DNA of 64,000 nt from assembly GCA_050949565.1 (NCBI GenBank), contig JBMNFY010000017.1, positions 32,001 through 96,000 of the forward strand. The letters are read 5' to 3'. Shown one piece after another: positions 55,147 through 64,000 of the stretch. Origin of the DNA: Kiritimatiellia bacterium. GTDB taxonomy: Bacteria > Verrucomicrobiota > Kiritimatiellia > RFP12 > UBA1067. The position numbers and the translations under genes are program-made. The notes under the pieces are model-generated. The model was not told the DNA's origin. It was given only the letters and a program-made list of their open reading frames with translations, and did not search any database. How positions within the stretch are numbered: position 1 is the first letter of the stretch; each line of letters begins with the position of its first letter.

Positions 55147-56721
55147 ATGCTTGAACGCCTGATGAACCTGCTGAACAGCGACGTGGGGCCGGATCTGCTC
55201 CGGGCCCTGAAAGTCGTGTTTCTGGCAGTTCTGGCAGTCGCCACGTTCGGCATTCTCTACGCACCGACAGTCAAGCCCGGCAAGGTTACGAGCTATGGGT
55301 TGCTGCGCGTTCTATTTGCTGGTGCGCTGTTCGCGGTGCTGATCTATCAAGCCACCTGGCAAATATGGGGCTACACCAACCCCGATTTCGTCAAATTCAT
55401 GCGGCGTTACAACCGCCGTCCGGATGCCGCCGAAAAACAGGTGATGCGCGGGCCGCTATTGGACCGGCGTGGAATGGTGCTGGCCGCGCCGGTGATCGGC
55501 GATGTCTGGGGAAGACGCTATCCGCTGGGCGCGGCGGCGGCCCACCCCTTGGGCTATTATCACTCCACCTACGGCATCACCGCCGTGGAGCGCGTGTGCG
55601 ATCCGACCCTAAGCGGATATGCGATCGACAAGCGCGACGAAGCACTGGGCAAGATGTTGTTCACGCAACGCGCCGCCGAGGGAGAGGCCGTGACCTTGAC
55701 CCTTGACCAACGCTTGCAACAAAAAGCCTATGAGTTGCTTGCAGGTCGCAAAGGTGCTGTGGTGGTCATGCGGCCGCGTAGCGGGGCGCTGCTCGCACTG
55801 GTCAGTTCGCCGGGCTTCGATCCGTTGAATCCGGCCGAGGCGATCAGGGATGAGAAGAACACGCCCGCGTTTAACCGCGCGGTGCAGGGGCGCTATCCGC
55901 CCGGCTCTACCTTCAAAATCCTGATGGCCGCGTTGGCCATCGAGAAGGGTTTGCCGCAAGTCTATGCGTGTCCGGGGCAGGGATACGTTGCCGGATCGGG
56001 CACGCCGCCCATCCGGGACAGCGAGTATTATGCCTATCAGCGTAGGGGGGCGGTCTGGCCGGGCTGGGGTCGCATCGGGCTGAAAGATGCGACCGTCCAC
56101 TCCTCCAACGTCTATTTCGCCCAGCTCGGGGTCGCATCGGGGCCTAAGGCGTTCAACGACATGATGGCCAAGGCGCACATCCGCGAGCCGCTCACCTATC
56201 TGCGGGCCAGCGGCGGCGAGCTTAAAAGCGCGCGCGGCCATGTGCCCGAGGTCACCAAGGCGCGCACGATCGCACTGCTGGCGATCGGTCAGGGCGAACT
56301 CTTGACCACCCCGCTGCACGTGGCTTGCTTCACTGCGGCTGTCGCCGCCGACGGGCGGATGATGCGTCCGCGCCTCTGCCAGGCTGAGCCGATCGAAGAG
56401 ATGTCACGGCTCTGTAGTGTCAAGACAGCCGAGCAACTCCGCGCGATCCTACGCGAGGCAGTCAGTCGCGGCACCGGCAAAGGCGTCGATCTCCCGGGGC
56501 TCAACGTCTGTGGCAAGACTGGCACCGCGCAGGCGCCGGGCGGAGAAGACCATGCTTGGTTCACCTGCTTTGCTCCACAGCGCAAGCCGAACATCGTCGT
56601 CACGGTTTTGATTGAGCGCGGTGGCTTCGGCGCTAAAGCAGCGCTACCCGTAGCGCGTGCCCTGCTCCAAGAAGCCGATCGCCTCGGGTACGTGCGCATT
56701 GGCGAGGAGGCCGCGCCGTGA
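55147..56721 (+). CDS. Class B penicillin-binding protein (PbpA-like transpeptidase)
   Basis: 'RGPLLDRRG', 'RRYP', SxxK 'YPPGSTFK', SxN 'HSSNVYF', 'GKTGTA'. Confidence 0.93.
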   Translation: MLERLMNLLNSDVGPDLLRALKVVFLAVLAVATFGILYAPTVKPGKVTSYGLLRVLFAGALFAVLIYQATWQIWGYTNPDFVKFMRRYNRRPDAAEKQVMRGPLLDRRGMVLAAPVIGDVWGRRYPLGAAAAHPLGYYHSTYGITAVERVCDPTLSGYAIDKRDEALGKMLFTQRAAEGEAVTLTLDQRLQQKAYELLAGRKGAVVVMRPRSGALLALVSSPGFDPLNPAEAIRDEKNTPAFNRAVQGRYPPGSTFKILMAALAIEKGLPQVYACPGQGYVAGSGTPPIRDSEYYAYQRRGAVWPGWGRIGLKDATVHSSNVYFAQLGVASGPKAFNDMMAKAHIREPLTYLRASGGELKSARGHVPEVTKARTIALLAIGQGELLTTPLHVACFTAAVAADGRMMRPRLCQAEPIEEMSRLCSVKTAEQLRAILREAVSRGTGKGVDLPGLNVCGKTGTAQAPGGEDHAWFTCFAPQRKPNIVVTVLIERGGFGAKAALPVARALLQEADRLGYVRIGEEAAP

Positions 56722-58004
56722 GCCGGAAAAAGAAAAAAAAGCAAGCCCTGGGACCGGTCGGAACCGCCACGGGACTCTTCCTGCTCTCGGCGTTTGCCGT
56801 CGCCTGTGCCTGCTTGGCGATCCTCGGCGTCAAGCTCTCCAATGCGCCGGTCTTGCAGGTGGAGCCGCTGATCCCGTTGGCCGTGTATGCGGTCGGCGTG
56901 CCGCTGATCCTGCTCTGGCTCAAGCTTTCCGGCTGGAAGGGTGACGCCGGTCTGGTCGGTGCCGTGTTTCTGCTCTGCGGCATCGGTCTGGTCATCCAGT
57001 TCCGCATGGGGAGCTTCGCGCAGGGATTGGCCAAGCCTGCGACGATGCTGCCCTTACCGCTCGGGCTGGCCGCCTTTATGGTCGGCACCCTGTTGACCGG
57101 CAAAGGTCGGGGCGCTTGGCTCGCCAAAGCAGGTTGGCTGGCCTACCTTGTGGCGCTGGGCGTGCTGGCGGCCATGCTGCTGCTGGGACGCAGCTTCCGT
57201 GGTGGCACGTATCTGGCCGGCAATCTCAACCCGTCAGAGATTGTGAAGCCGTTGCTGGTGCTTTTTCTGGCTTCTTATCTGAGCCGCCATCAGAAGGCCT
57301 TCTCCGAGACGCAGAAGGGCATTCCTGTCCCACCGTTGCACGCGTTGTTGGGTCTCGTCGCGCTGTGGGCCATCCCGATGCTGATGACAATCGCGCTGAA
57401 AGACCTGGGACTCATGGCCCTGCTCAATGCCGTGCTGATCGTGATGCTGTTCGCGATTGCGCGCAGCACCGGCTACCTGGCGATCGGCCTGGCGGCTGTT
57501 GCGGCGGCGGGCTTCGGCGTGCAGCTTATCTCAGCCAACGCCCGGACACGTTGCGATGTCTGGCTCAACCCATTCGCCGATCCGACCGGCAAAGGCTGGC
57601 AGATTCTTCAAGCGTTAGCCGCCATGTACTCGGGCGGATTGTGGGGTGCCGGGCTCGGCGCGGGCGTGCCGCAGTCCGTGCCCATCGTCACATCGGACTT
57701 CGTCTACGCAGCGGTGGCTGAAGAGATCGGACTGGTCGGCTGCGCCCTGCTGCTGATCGTTTACGCCACGCTCTTCTCGCGCGGACTGCGCGCGGCTGGC
57801 GCGACAAAAACACCCTTCGAGCGGTTGCTGTGCGTGGGCCTGACCGCCTCGCTGGCGACACAGACGATCTTCAACGTCGCCGGCGTCACCAAAGCGCTGC
57901 CGATGACCGGCATCACGCTGCCGCTGATCAGCCACGGCGGCAGCAGCCTGATCACCACCCTGCTGATCGCCGGCATGCTCACCGGCCTCTCCGACCGCAA
58001 GTAA
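56718..58004 (+). CDS. FtsW/RodA/SpoVE (SEDS) family peptidoglycan glycosyltransferase
   Basis: Multi-TM protein; 'NPSEIVK', 'KDLG', 'WLNPF', 'GLWGAGLG', 'SDFV...EEIG', 'PMTGITLPLISHGGSS'. Confidence 0.94.
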   Translation: MSRKKKKKQALGPVGTATGLFLLSAFAVACACLAILGVKLSNAPVLQVEPLIPLAVYAVGVPLILLWLKLSGWKGDAGLVGAVFLLCGIGLVIQFRMGSFAQGLAKPATMLPLPLGLAAFMVGTLLTGKGRGAWLAKAGWLAYLVALGVLAAMLLLGRSFRGGTYLAGNLNPSEIVKPLLVLFLASYLSRHQKAFSETQKGIPVPPLHALLGLVALWAIPMLMTIALKDLGLMALLNAVLIVMLFAIARSTGYLAIGLAAVAAAGFGVQLISANARTRCDVWLNPFADPTGKGWQILQALAAMYSGGLWGAGLGAGVPQSVPIVTSDFVYAAVAEEIGLVGCALLLIVYATLFSRGLRAAGATKTPFERLLCVGLTASLATQTIFNVAGVTKALPMTGITLPLISHGGSSLITTLLIAGMLTGLSDRK

Positions 58005-58038
58005 ACGCCGCTCTGACGGCTGCGGCACCATACCGCCA

Positions 58039-59796
58039 TCAGCGGGCGAGAATCGCTGCGGCCAACTCCCGCCGCGCGTCGTACAGGGCTTTCGGATCGC
58101 GCGTGTACCCCCACCACGTCGGGGCGATGCGGTCAACGATTTTCTGCACGGCCGCAGCTCCGGCGCGCCGTTCGAGCAGAACGAAATATTCGTAGTCCTC
58201 CATGCCATCGCGGAGGTTTTTCAGCCGCATGCTGGCGACCGGCCCCTTGATCCCGCACGGGACGCCGGGATAAAACAGGTACCCGCCGCCGTTGAAGTGC
58301 CGCGGATGCGCGAATGCCGGATTGTACCACGGCTCGATCACCCGCTGTACGGTGCTCCAGTAAAGCAACCCCGTGATACCGTACTGCCGGTTGATCCAGG
58401 TAGGCACACGGTAAACCAGCAACGGCCGGTCGATATGCCAATAGGGCGGGTCCTTCTCGCGTACCTCTTCGTACGCGGGGTGATAACGCGGCGACCGCTG
58501 CACCAGCGCGGTGTACGACCAGACGGAATCGCCTTGCTTGAGTTTCTGATTGACCGTCTCGCGATCGATAAACGACCAAAGCGGGCACCAAATGTCGACC
58601 GCCGGATCGATATCGGGCCAAGCCGGATCGTGAGGATAGGTCTGCTCGACAACGAGGCATTTCAACTCGGGCGCAGCTTGGTGCACGATCTCGGCCAGAA
58701 CCAGCACCTGCTCGTAATTTTCGGCAGTGTTGGGCTCGTCAAGAAGGTAGACGTACGCCCGGTCCGCCCAGCCGTTCGATTTGACGTACTGGTAGTAATC
58801 GCGGTAATAGCGCAGGGCTTTTTCGCGCTGGTCGGGCGGGACGGTCTTGTAGTTAGCGTTTGTGGTGGAATGCGGCAGGCGTCCGAAAGGCGAGGACGGG
58901 ATTTCGAAATCGGTCACATGCAGCTTTTCGATGAACGCGCGCAGCGCCTCGTGCCTGTTCGTGTCGATGGTCAGCGAACCGTCCGGATTCGCCTGCGGCA
59001 GCAGGCGGCTGGGCAGAGGCGGGTTGAGGCGGTGCTCGGCCATAGCTTCGCAGTAGCGGGCTTCGATCTCACGGAACTCGTCCGAGTTGTACTTCACGCC
59101 GAAGACCGAGGCAATCCCCCAAAAGCCGCCGAAATGATTGCAATGGGTCGGGCCGTCGGGCAGGTCGAAGTCCCAGACGGTCAGCGTGACCGGAAGCTCG
59201 GCTTTACCCTTATCGGTAGACACCCGGACCGTGCCGCGATAGACACCTGCCGGCACCCCCTTGGGCACATGGACGTCGATCCAAAGGGGTTGGTTCTGTC
59301 CCGCAAACACGTCGAACGGCACGGCGTACATGTCGTTACCAGTAGTGATCAGAGGCTCGCCCCAACGTTCGCGCCGCTGGGAAAACGGCTCGATGGGTTT
59401 GCCGGTAACCGGATCAATAAACGGAACGAGCGCGTCCGGGTACAGCCCCGGCGGCAACTCCGCCCGCGGCGTGGACAGACGGACGCGCACATACTCCTCC
59501 CGGTACAGCTTGATGCGGTCGCCGGGAATCTTCGCGCCCCCTTCGCCCACCAGTTCGGGAAGCGTGACTGAGGTCACCCGCAGGTTTTGATCCCGTGCAG
59601 CCACGACCACCTGAAACGATTCGACCTCGTTACGTGCGGCGGCGATCTCCACCGCCGAAGCTCCAAAGGGCGCCTCGTGTTGGAGAATGCGTTCCATGGC
59701 GTGGAGCGCGGTGAGCCCGACGACAGGCCGCTCCGCAGCCGGAGCCGTGGCGGTCAATAAAACCGATGACACAACCAAAAGCAGTAAACTTCGCAT
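58039..59796 (-). CDS. Secreted DUF4091-domain putative glycoside hydrolase (GH123-like architecture)
   Basis: Signal peptide; 'AARNEVESFQ', 'YPDALVP', 'TVWDFDLP', 'YLLDEP', 'GLLYW', 'LFYPG...SMRLKNLRDGMEDYEY'. Confidence 0.85.
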   Translation of the reverse strand: MRSLLLLVVSSVLLTATAPAAERPVVGLTALHAMERILQHEAPFGASAVEIAAARNEVESFQVVVAARDQNLRVTSVTLPELVGEGGAKIPGDRIKLYREEYVRVRLSTPRAELPPGLYPDALVPFIDPVTGKPIEPFSQRRERWGEPLITTGNDMYAVPFDVFAGQNQPLWIDVHVPKGVPAGVYRGTVRVSTDKGKAELPVTLTVWDFDLPDGPTHCNHFGGFWGIASVFGVKYNSDEFREIEARYCEAMAEHRLNPPLPSRLLPQANPDGSLTIDTNRHEALRAFIEKLHVTDFEIPSSPFGRLPHSTTNANYKTVPPDQREKALRYYRDYYQYVKSNGWADRAYVYLLDEPNTAENYEQVLVLAEIVHQAAPELKCLVVEQTYPHDPAWPDIDPAVDIWCPLWSFIDRETVNQKLKQGDSVWSYTALVQRSPRYHPAYEEVREKDPPYWHIDRPLLVYRVPTWINRQYGITGLLYWSTVQRVIEPWYNPAFAHPRHFNGGGYLFYPGVPCGIKGPVASMRLKNLRDGMEDYEYFVLLERRAGAAAVQKIVDRIAPTWWGYTRDPKALYDARRELAAAILAR

Positions 59797-59888
59797 AATC
59801 AAACATCCCTTCACGTATCGCTTCTTAAAGCGATTTCACAAGCGTACCTCATGACGCCTCGTCAATCGATCAAAAAATTCTACGCCGA

Positions 59889-60542
59889 CTATCCCGCGTA
59901 TTCCACCAGCTGCGTAATGCCGTGATACAGATAGCGGCCCCAGCCACAGGTGAAGACCAGTTGCCCGCACACCGCATGCTCCAGATTGGAGGCTTGCAGG
60001 CAACCCGTCGTGCGGAAGGTCCGATTGAACATCGCACCGCCCGCCAGCGTCAGCAGCAATGCCCAGGGATTGAGAAAGACCAAGTGCGCCAAGCTGAACG
60101 CCACGGTGCCGACCATGTGTCGCGTCCGTTCACTGGCAAACAGCGGCGCGTAACGCGCATAGAAAAGTGCACGATACAGGACACCTTGCGGAAAGACCGA
60201 AAGCAACGGGTAGAAGACCATAACCAAAGCCCAGAGGCGCGGTGAGCGGCGCGGCATTTCCAGGAACAATCCGGGATCCATCAGCAGGATTCCTCCCGCC
60301 AGCACAGCAGCCGCCGCAAGCAGGCGTACCCCGAGCCACAACGCCTGCACGCGGTTGATGCGCCAGCCGAAAAACTCGCGCCTCCCCCACCCTTCGCGCT
60401 TCACAAGATACATAGCCGCCGGACAGGCCGCCACCCACAGCACCGGCAGTACGGGAAAACCACCTATCATGAGACGAATAACCGCCAGCAACAGCGGCAG
60501 TCCCACATACAGCAACACACATTCCCATCCCAAACGATTCAT
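59889..60542 (-). CDS. CPBP/CAAX-protease (Abi) family intramembrane protein
   Basis: Hydrophobic; 'YPLLSVFPQGVLYRA', 'FSLAH', 'EHAVCG...FT.G.G'. Start MNRLG at 60542. Confidence 0.8.
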   Translation of the reverse strand: MNRLGWECVLLYVGLPLLLAVIRLMIGGFPVLPVLWVAACPAAMYLVKREGWGRREFFGWRINRVQALWLGVRLLAAAAVLAGGILLMDPGLFLEMPRRSPRLWALVMVFYPLLSVFPQGVLYRALFYARYAPLFASERTRHMVGTVAFSLAHLVFLNPWALLLTLAGGAMFNRTFRTTGCLQASNLEHAVCGQLVFTCGWGRYLYHGITQLVEYAG

Positions 60543-60594
60543 GCAACCACCAACTTGGGTCGCGGGCTCCGCCCGCATTAGCTTATTACCGTGC

Positions 60595-61347
60595 TTATCG
60601 CATGAACAACTGCGTTGAGAAAAGGGCGTACGTATACAGGCCGAGCGACATGGCCTGCAGAACGGCCTCGGGTCCGGGCGGCGGGAAGTATCCCGCGACA
60701 CCGTGGCGGCGGGCGAGGTAGCTTCGGACAGTCCGACGGACAGCCTCATCGGGCGACGTGTCAAACGCGACAATCTCCGATATATGGCCGCACCATGACT
60801 GCCGCCATGAAGCGCATGCCGAGACCCCGCCTATCCGAAGGTCGCAGCCGGGCACGGCCTGCGCGAAATCAACCTCCACGATATGCCGCCCGTCGGGAAA
60901 CGTCCACACCGGTTGGCCGTTGACGCGTACGGAAAGCCCTCCGGCATCCTCGGGGTCGTAGGTCAGCGGCAAAGCACGGGCAGCCACTGTCACAGACGCC
61001 CCGGGGGCCTCGACAAGTGCGGCAAAGTGGTTGGATGATTCTGCCGGACACGCTACGATGAAGAGCGTCGAAACCGAAATGGCGCTGGAGCAGAACGGCG
61101 AGGCCGGGGCGCCCGGCGTATCGAACGTGATCCCCTCCGTTTCCAACGCGGGCAATCCCCAAGACGTCGCCCCCGCGATGGCCGGGCTCCATGCCGCCCC
61201 TTCGCGCAAAGATATCCATGACAGCACACAACCGTCCGCATTCACGAGCACCCTGTCCGCGACAGCCTCGCATTGCGACACCACGGCGGCAGACGCATGA
61301 AAAGCGCCTAAAAAGCACAGCAAAACACCCATCAGCATCGTCATCAT
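60595..61347 (-). CDS. Secreted hypothetical protein with LamG-like segment
   Basis: Signal peptide; 'WCGHISEIVAFD...VRSYLARRHG' resembles the LamG-like module of the 38.6-43.9 kb protein. Ends in STQLFMR. Confidence 0.65.
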   Translation of the reverse strand: MMTMLMGVLLCFLGAFHASAAVVSQCEAVADRVLVNADGCVLSWISLREGAAWSPAIAGATSWGLPALETEGITFDTPGAPASPFCSSAISVSTLFIVACPAESSNHFAALVEAPGASVTVAARALPLTYDPEDAGGLSVRVNGQPVWTFPDGRHIVEVDFAQAVPGCDLRIGGVSACASWRQSWCGHISEIVAFDTSPDEAVRRTVRSYLARRHGVAGYFPPPGPEAVLQAMSLGLYTYALFSTQLFMR

Positions 61348-62645
61348 TTTTCATCCTTCCTCTCTTGTTGACACTCCCACTTTGGATCAACGATGTCGCC
61401 GATGATCCGCAGACAATCGGGGTCGGTCTCGAGAACCTTGACGCGGTTGAGGAAGTGCGAATACCGCAGCGACTCGCGGGACGGGCGGTCGATGGAACGG
61501 TCTATCCAGCTATGTGTTTTCAATTTTTTCGATCCGGATCTGGCATACCACGCCTTCCTCTCTTCAAGGGGGAAACTCTTGACCACGGTCTCTGCGAGAA
61601 CCGTCATCGGCACGGGCGAGGCCATCACGTAGGCGCGGAACGTGGCCTCGCGGTAATGGTTGGTCGGCGCGAGCAAGGCCTGATGCAGGATGTTGGTGAT
61701 CTCCGGCGAGTCCCCGTTCCGCCAGAGGATGCCGAGAAGCTCCGCGACATATTCCGACGTCCCCTCGGACGTCCGCGCGAGCGGCGTATCCCGCGACAGG
61801 AGTTCTGCCCCGATCAGGCCGATCATCCCCCCGTCCCTGCCGTGCGCCAGCCTCGCGTTGACGGTTCGCAGCGAGTCGTCCGCCTCGTACCACGGCCGCG
61901 CTGTCGGGGCGACCCAGGAAATAAACTGCGCGGCTCCGTTGGGCGCGACGCGCCTCTCCCCTCCCTCCTTCCCGCCGCCCGGCGCCGGCGTCGGGAAAGC
62001 CTCCCGCCCGGGATCGAAGGGATTCCCGATGACCCGCAGACACTCGGGGTCTGTTTCAAGGGCCTTGGCCCGGTTCAGGAAGTGCGAATACCGCAGCACC
62101 TCCCGTGACGGGCGGTCGAGGAGGCTGTCCTCCCAGGAATTCCCGTACAGGGCCTTCTCCCCGGCTGCGGCGTACCACGCTTTCCGCTGTCCTGCGGGGA
62201 ACTCCTTGACCACCGTTTCCGCAAGAAACGTCATCGGCACGGGCGAGGCCATGATGTAGGCGTGCAGGATGATATCGAGGTAGAGGTTCTTCGGCGTGAG
62301 CAGTGCCCGATGCAGGGTGTTGGTGATCTCCGGGGAATCTCCGCTCCGGTGAAGCGCTTCGGAAATTCTCGTGATATATTTCTTGGTACCCGGAAGGGTT
62401 GACGCAAGCGGGCACTGTTCTCCGACCAGCCCCTCTTTCATGATCCGGATCATCCCGGCCGAGTTCCCAAGGTTGCACCCCGCATTCAGCGACTCCAGCG
62501 AGCCGTCCGGTTCATACCACGGCCTCGTCGTCGGGGCCACCTTATGGATACGCGTGCCGGAATCTGTCGGGCTTGTGTATTGCCCAAAAGAAACCCAACA
62601 CATGCCGAATATCAACGCGGTCAAAAAAATACACCTTGTTATCAT
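61344..62645 (-). CDS. Secreted hypothetical protein made of two copies of an unrecognised ~200-aa domain
   Basis: Start MITRCIF with purine-rich RBS and signal peptide. Repeated 'APT.RPWYE.D.SL', 'GDSPEITN.LH.ALL', 'AY.MASPVPMT.LAETVVK.FP', 'DRPSRE.LRYSHFLNR.K.LETDP.CLR'. Confidence 0.8.
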   Translation of the reverse strand: MITRCIFLTALIFGMCWVSFGQYTSPTDSGTRIHKVAPTTRPWYEPDGSLESLNAGCNLGNSAGMIRIMKEGLVGEQCPLASTLPGTKKYITRISEALHRSGDSPEITNTLHRALLTPKNLYLDIILHAYIMASPVPMTFLAETVVKEFPAGQRKAWYAAAGEKALYGNSWEDSLLDRPSREVLRYSHFLNRAKALETDPECLRVIGNPFDPGREAFPTPAPGGGKEGGERRVAPNGAAQFISWVAPTARPWYEADDSLRTVNARLAHGRDGGMIGLIGAELLSRDTPLARTSEGTSEYVAELLGILWRNGDSPEITNILHQALLAPTNHYREATFRAYVMASPVPMTVLAETVVKSFPLEERKAWYARSGSKKLKTHSWIDRSIDRPSRESLRYSHFLNRVKVLETDPDCLRIIGDIVDPKWECQQERKDEK

Positions 62646-62690
62646 TGCTTCCTCCTTTGTTTTCATCACACAGGATTTCGGCAAGCGCAT

Positions 62691-64000
62691 TCACTCCCAC
62701 TTTGGATCAACGATGTCGCCGATGATCCGCAGACATCTGCGGTCGGTTTCAAGGGTTTTGATCAGGTTGAGGAAGTGCGAATACCGCAACGCCTCGCGCG
62801 ACGGGCGGTCAATGGAGCGGTCTATCCAGTTGTGAGTCTCCAACGTTTTCGATCCGGATCTGGCGTACCACGCTCTCCTCTCTTCAAGGGGAATCTCCTT
62901 GACCACGGTCTCCGCGAGAACCGTCATCGGCACGGGCGAGGCCATGACGTAGGCGCGGAACGTGGCCTCGCGGTAATGGTTGGTCGGCGCGAGCAGGGCC
63001 TGGTGCAGGATGTTGGTGATCTCCGGCGAATCCCCGCTCCGCCAGAGGGTGCCGAGAAGCTCCGCGACATATGCCGGCGTCCCCTCGGACGTCCGCGCGA
63101 GCGGCGTTCCCTGAGACAGGAGTTCTGCCCCGATCAGGCCGACCATCCCCCCGTCCCTATCGCGCCTCAGCCTCGCGTTGACGGATCGCAACGAGTCATC
63201 CACCTCGTACCACGGCCGCGCTGTCGGGGCGACCCGGGAAATAAACTGCGCGGCCCCGTTGGGCGCGACGCGCCTCTCCCCTCCCTCCTTCCCGCCGCCC
63301 GGCGCTAGCGTCGGGAAAGCCTCCCGCCCGGGATCGAAGGGATTCCCGATGACCCGCAGACACTCGGGGTCTGTTTCAAGGGCCTTGACGCGGTTCAGGA
63401 AGTGCGAATACCGCAGCACCTCCCGCGACGGGCGGTCGATGAGGCAGTCCTCCCAAGAGTCCCCGTACAAAGCCTTCTCTGTGGCTGCGGCGTACCACGC
63501 CTTCCGCTGTCCTGCGGGGAACTCCTTGACCACCGTTTCCGCAAGATAAGTCATCGGCACGGGGGAAGCCATGATGTAGGCGTGCAGAATGATGTCGCGG
63601 TAGAGATTGGTCTTGATGGAATCAGGACCGGGGGCTTTTTTTATCCAGTCCGGGGGCAAAGCAATGCCGCAGTTGAGATTGGTTTGAATGAGCAGGGACT
63701 GATGCAGGATGTTCGTGATCTCCGGGGAGTCCCCGCTCCGGCAAAGCGCTTCGGAAATTTTTGTGATATAATTCTTTGCAGCCGATACAGTCCAAGCAAA
63801 CTGAAGCGGTTCTCCAAGCAGTCCCTCCTTCATGATCTGAATCATCCCGTCCGAGTCTCCAAAGTCAAGGCCTGTGTTTAGCGACACCAGCGAGTCGTCC
63901 GCTTCATACCACGGCCTCGTCGTCGACGCGACTTGATTGATATATTGCGCGGACTGGGTCGGGGGTATGAATTCACTACCGAAACAGGCATACACCCATG
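62691..64000 (-). CDS. Tandem paralog of the 61344-62645 protein (5' end beyond the window)
   Basis: Same two-domain architecture and long near-identical nucleotide stretches; the frame stays open to the window edge. Confidence 0.8.
   Translation of the reverse strand, partial: WVYACFGSEFIPPTQSAQYINQVASTTRPWYEADDSLVSLNTGLDFGDSDGMIQIMKEGLLGEPLQFAWTVSAAKNYITKISEALCRSGDSPEITNILHQSLLIQTNLNCGIALPPDWIKKAPGPDSIKTNLYRDIILHAYIMASPVPMTYLAETVVKEFPAGQRKAWYAAATEKALYGDSWEDCLIDRPSREVLRYSHFLNRVKALETDPECLRVIGNPFDPGREAFPTLAPGGGKEGGERRVAPNGAAQFISRVAPTARPWYEVDDSLRSVNARLRRDRDGGMVGLIGAELLSQGTPLARTSEGTPAYVAELLGTLWRSGDSPEITNILHQALLAPTNHYREATFRAYVMASPVPMTVLAETVVKEIPLEERRAWYARSGSKTLETHNWIDRSIDRPSREALRYSHFLNLIKTLETDRRCLRIIGDIVDPKWE

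Overview
GC-rich bacterial chromosome segment, most likely PVC superphylum (Kiritimatiellota-like, inferred from RpoB/EF-Tu sequence and the secreted-protein repertoire). The core is a minus-strand operon: tRNA-Thr, tuf, rpmG, tRNA-Trp, secE, nusG, rplK, rplA, rplJ, rplL, rpoB, rpoC (21.7-35.2 kb). Around it lie carbohydrate-active and secreted proteins, two giant beta-helix repeat proteins without translocator barrels, an E1alpha/E1beta/GT2 operon, two IS elements, trmL, a short ThyX-like gene, a pseudouridine synthase, a HerA-like ATPase, a hybrid kinase, a peptidase-htpG-PBP-SEDS operon and a tandem pair of unknown duplicated-domain proteins. Several genes carry frameshifts that probably reflect assembly errors. 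Two observations stand out. (1) A tandem winged-helix gene (1829-2395) sits between two non-coding arrays with a strict 169-bp period; each unit carries the same palindrome, and a degenerate copy overlaps the gene's own putative promoter. (2) An exact 28-bp duplication flanks a 33-bp insert inside a coding gene (36129-36217), matching the geometry of an off-target type I-E Cas1-Cas2 spacer integration.
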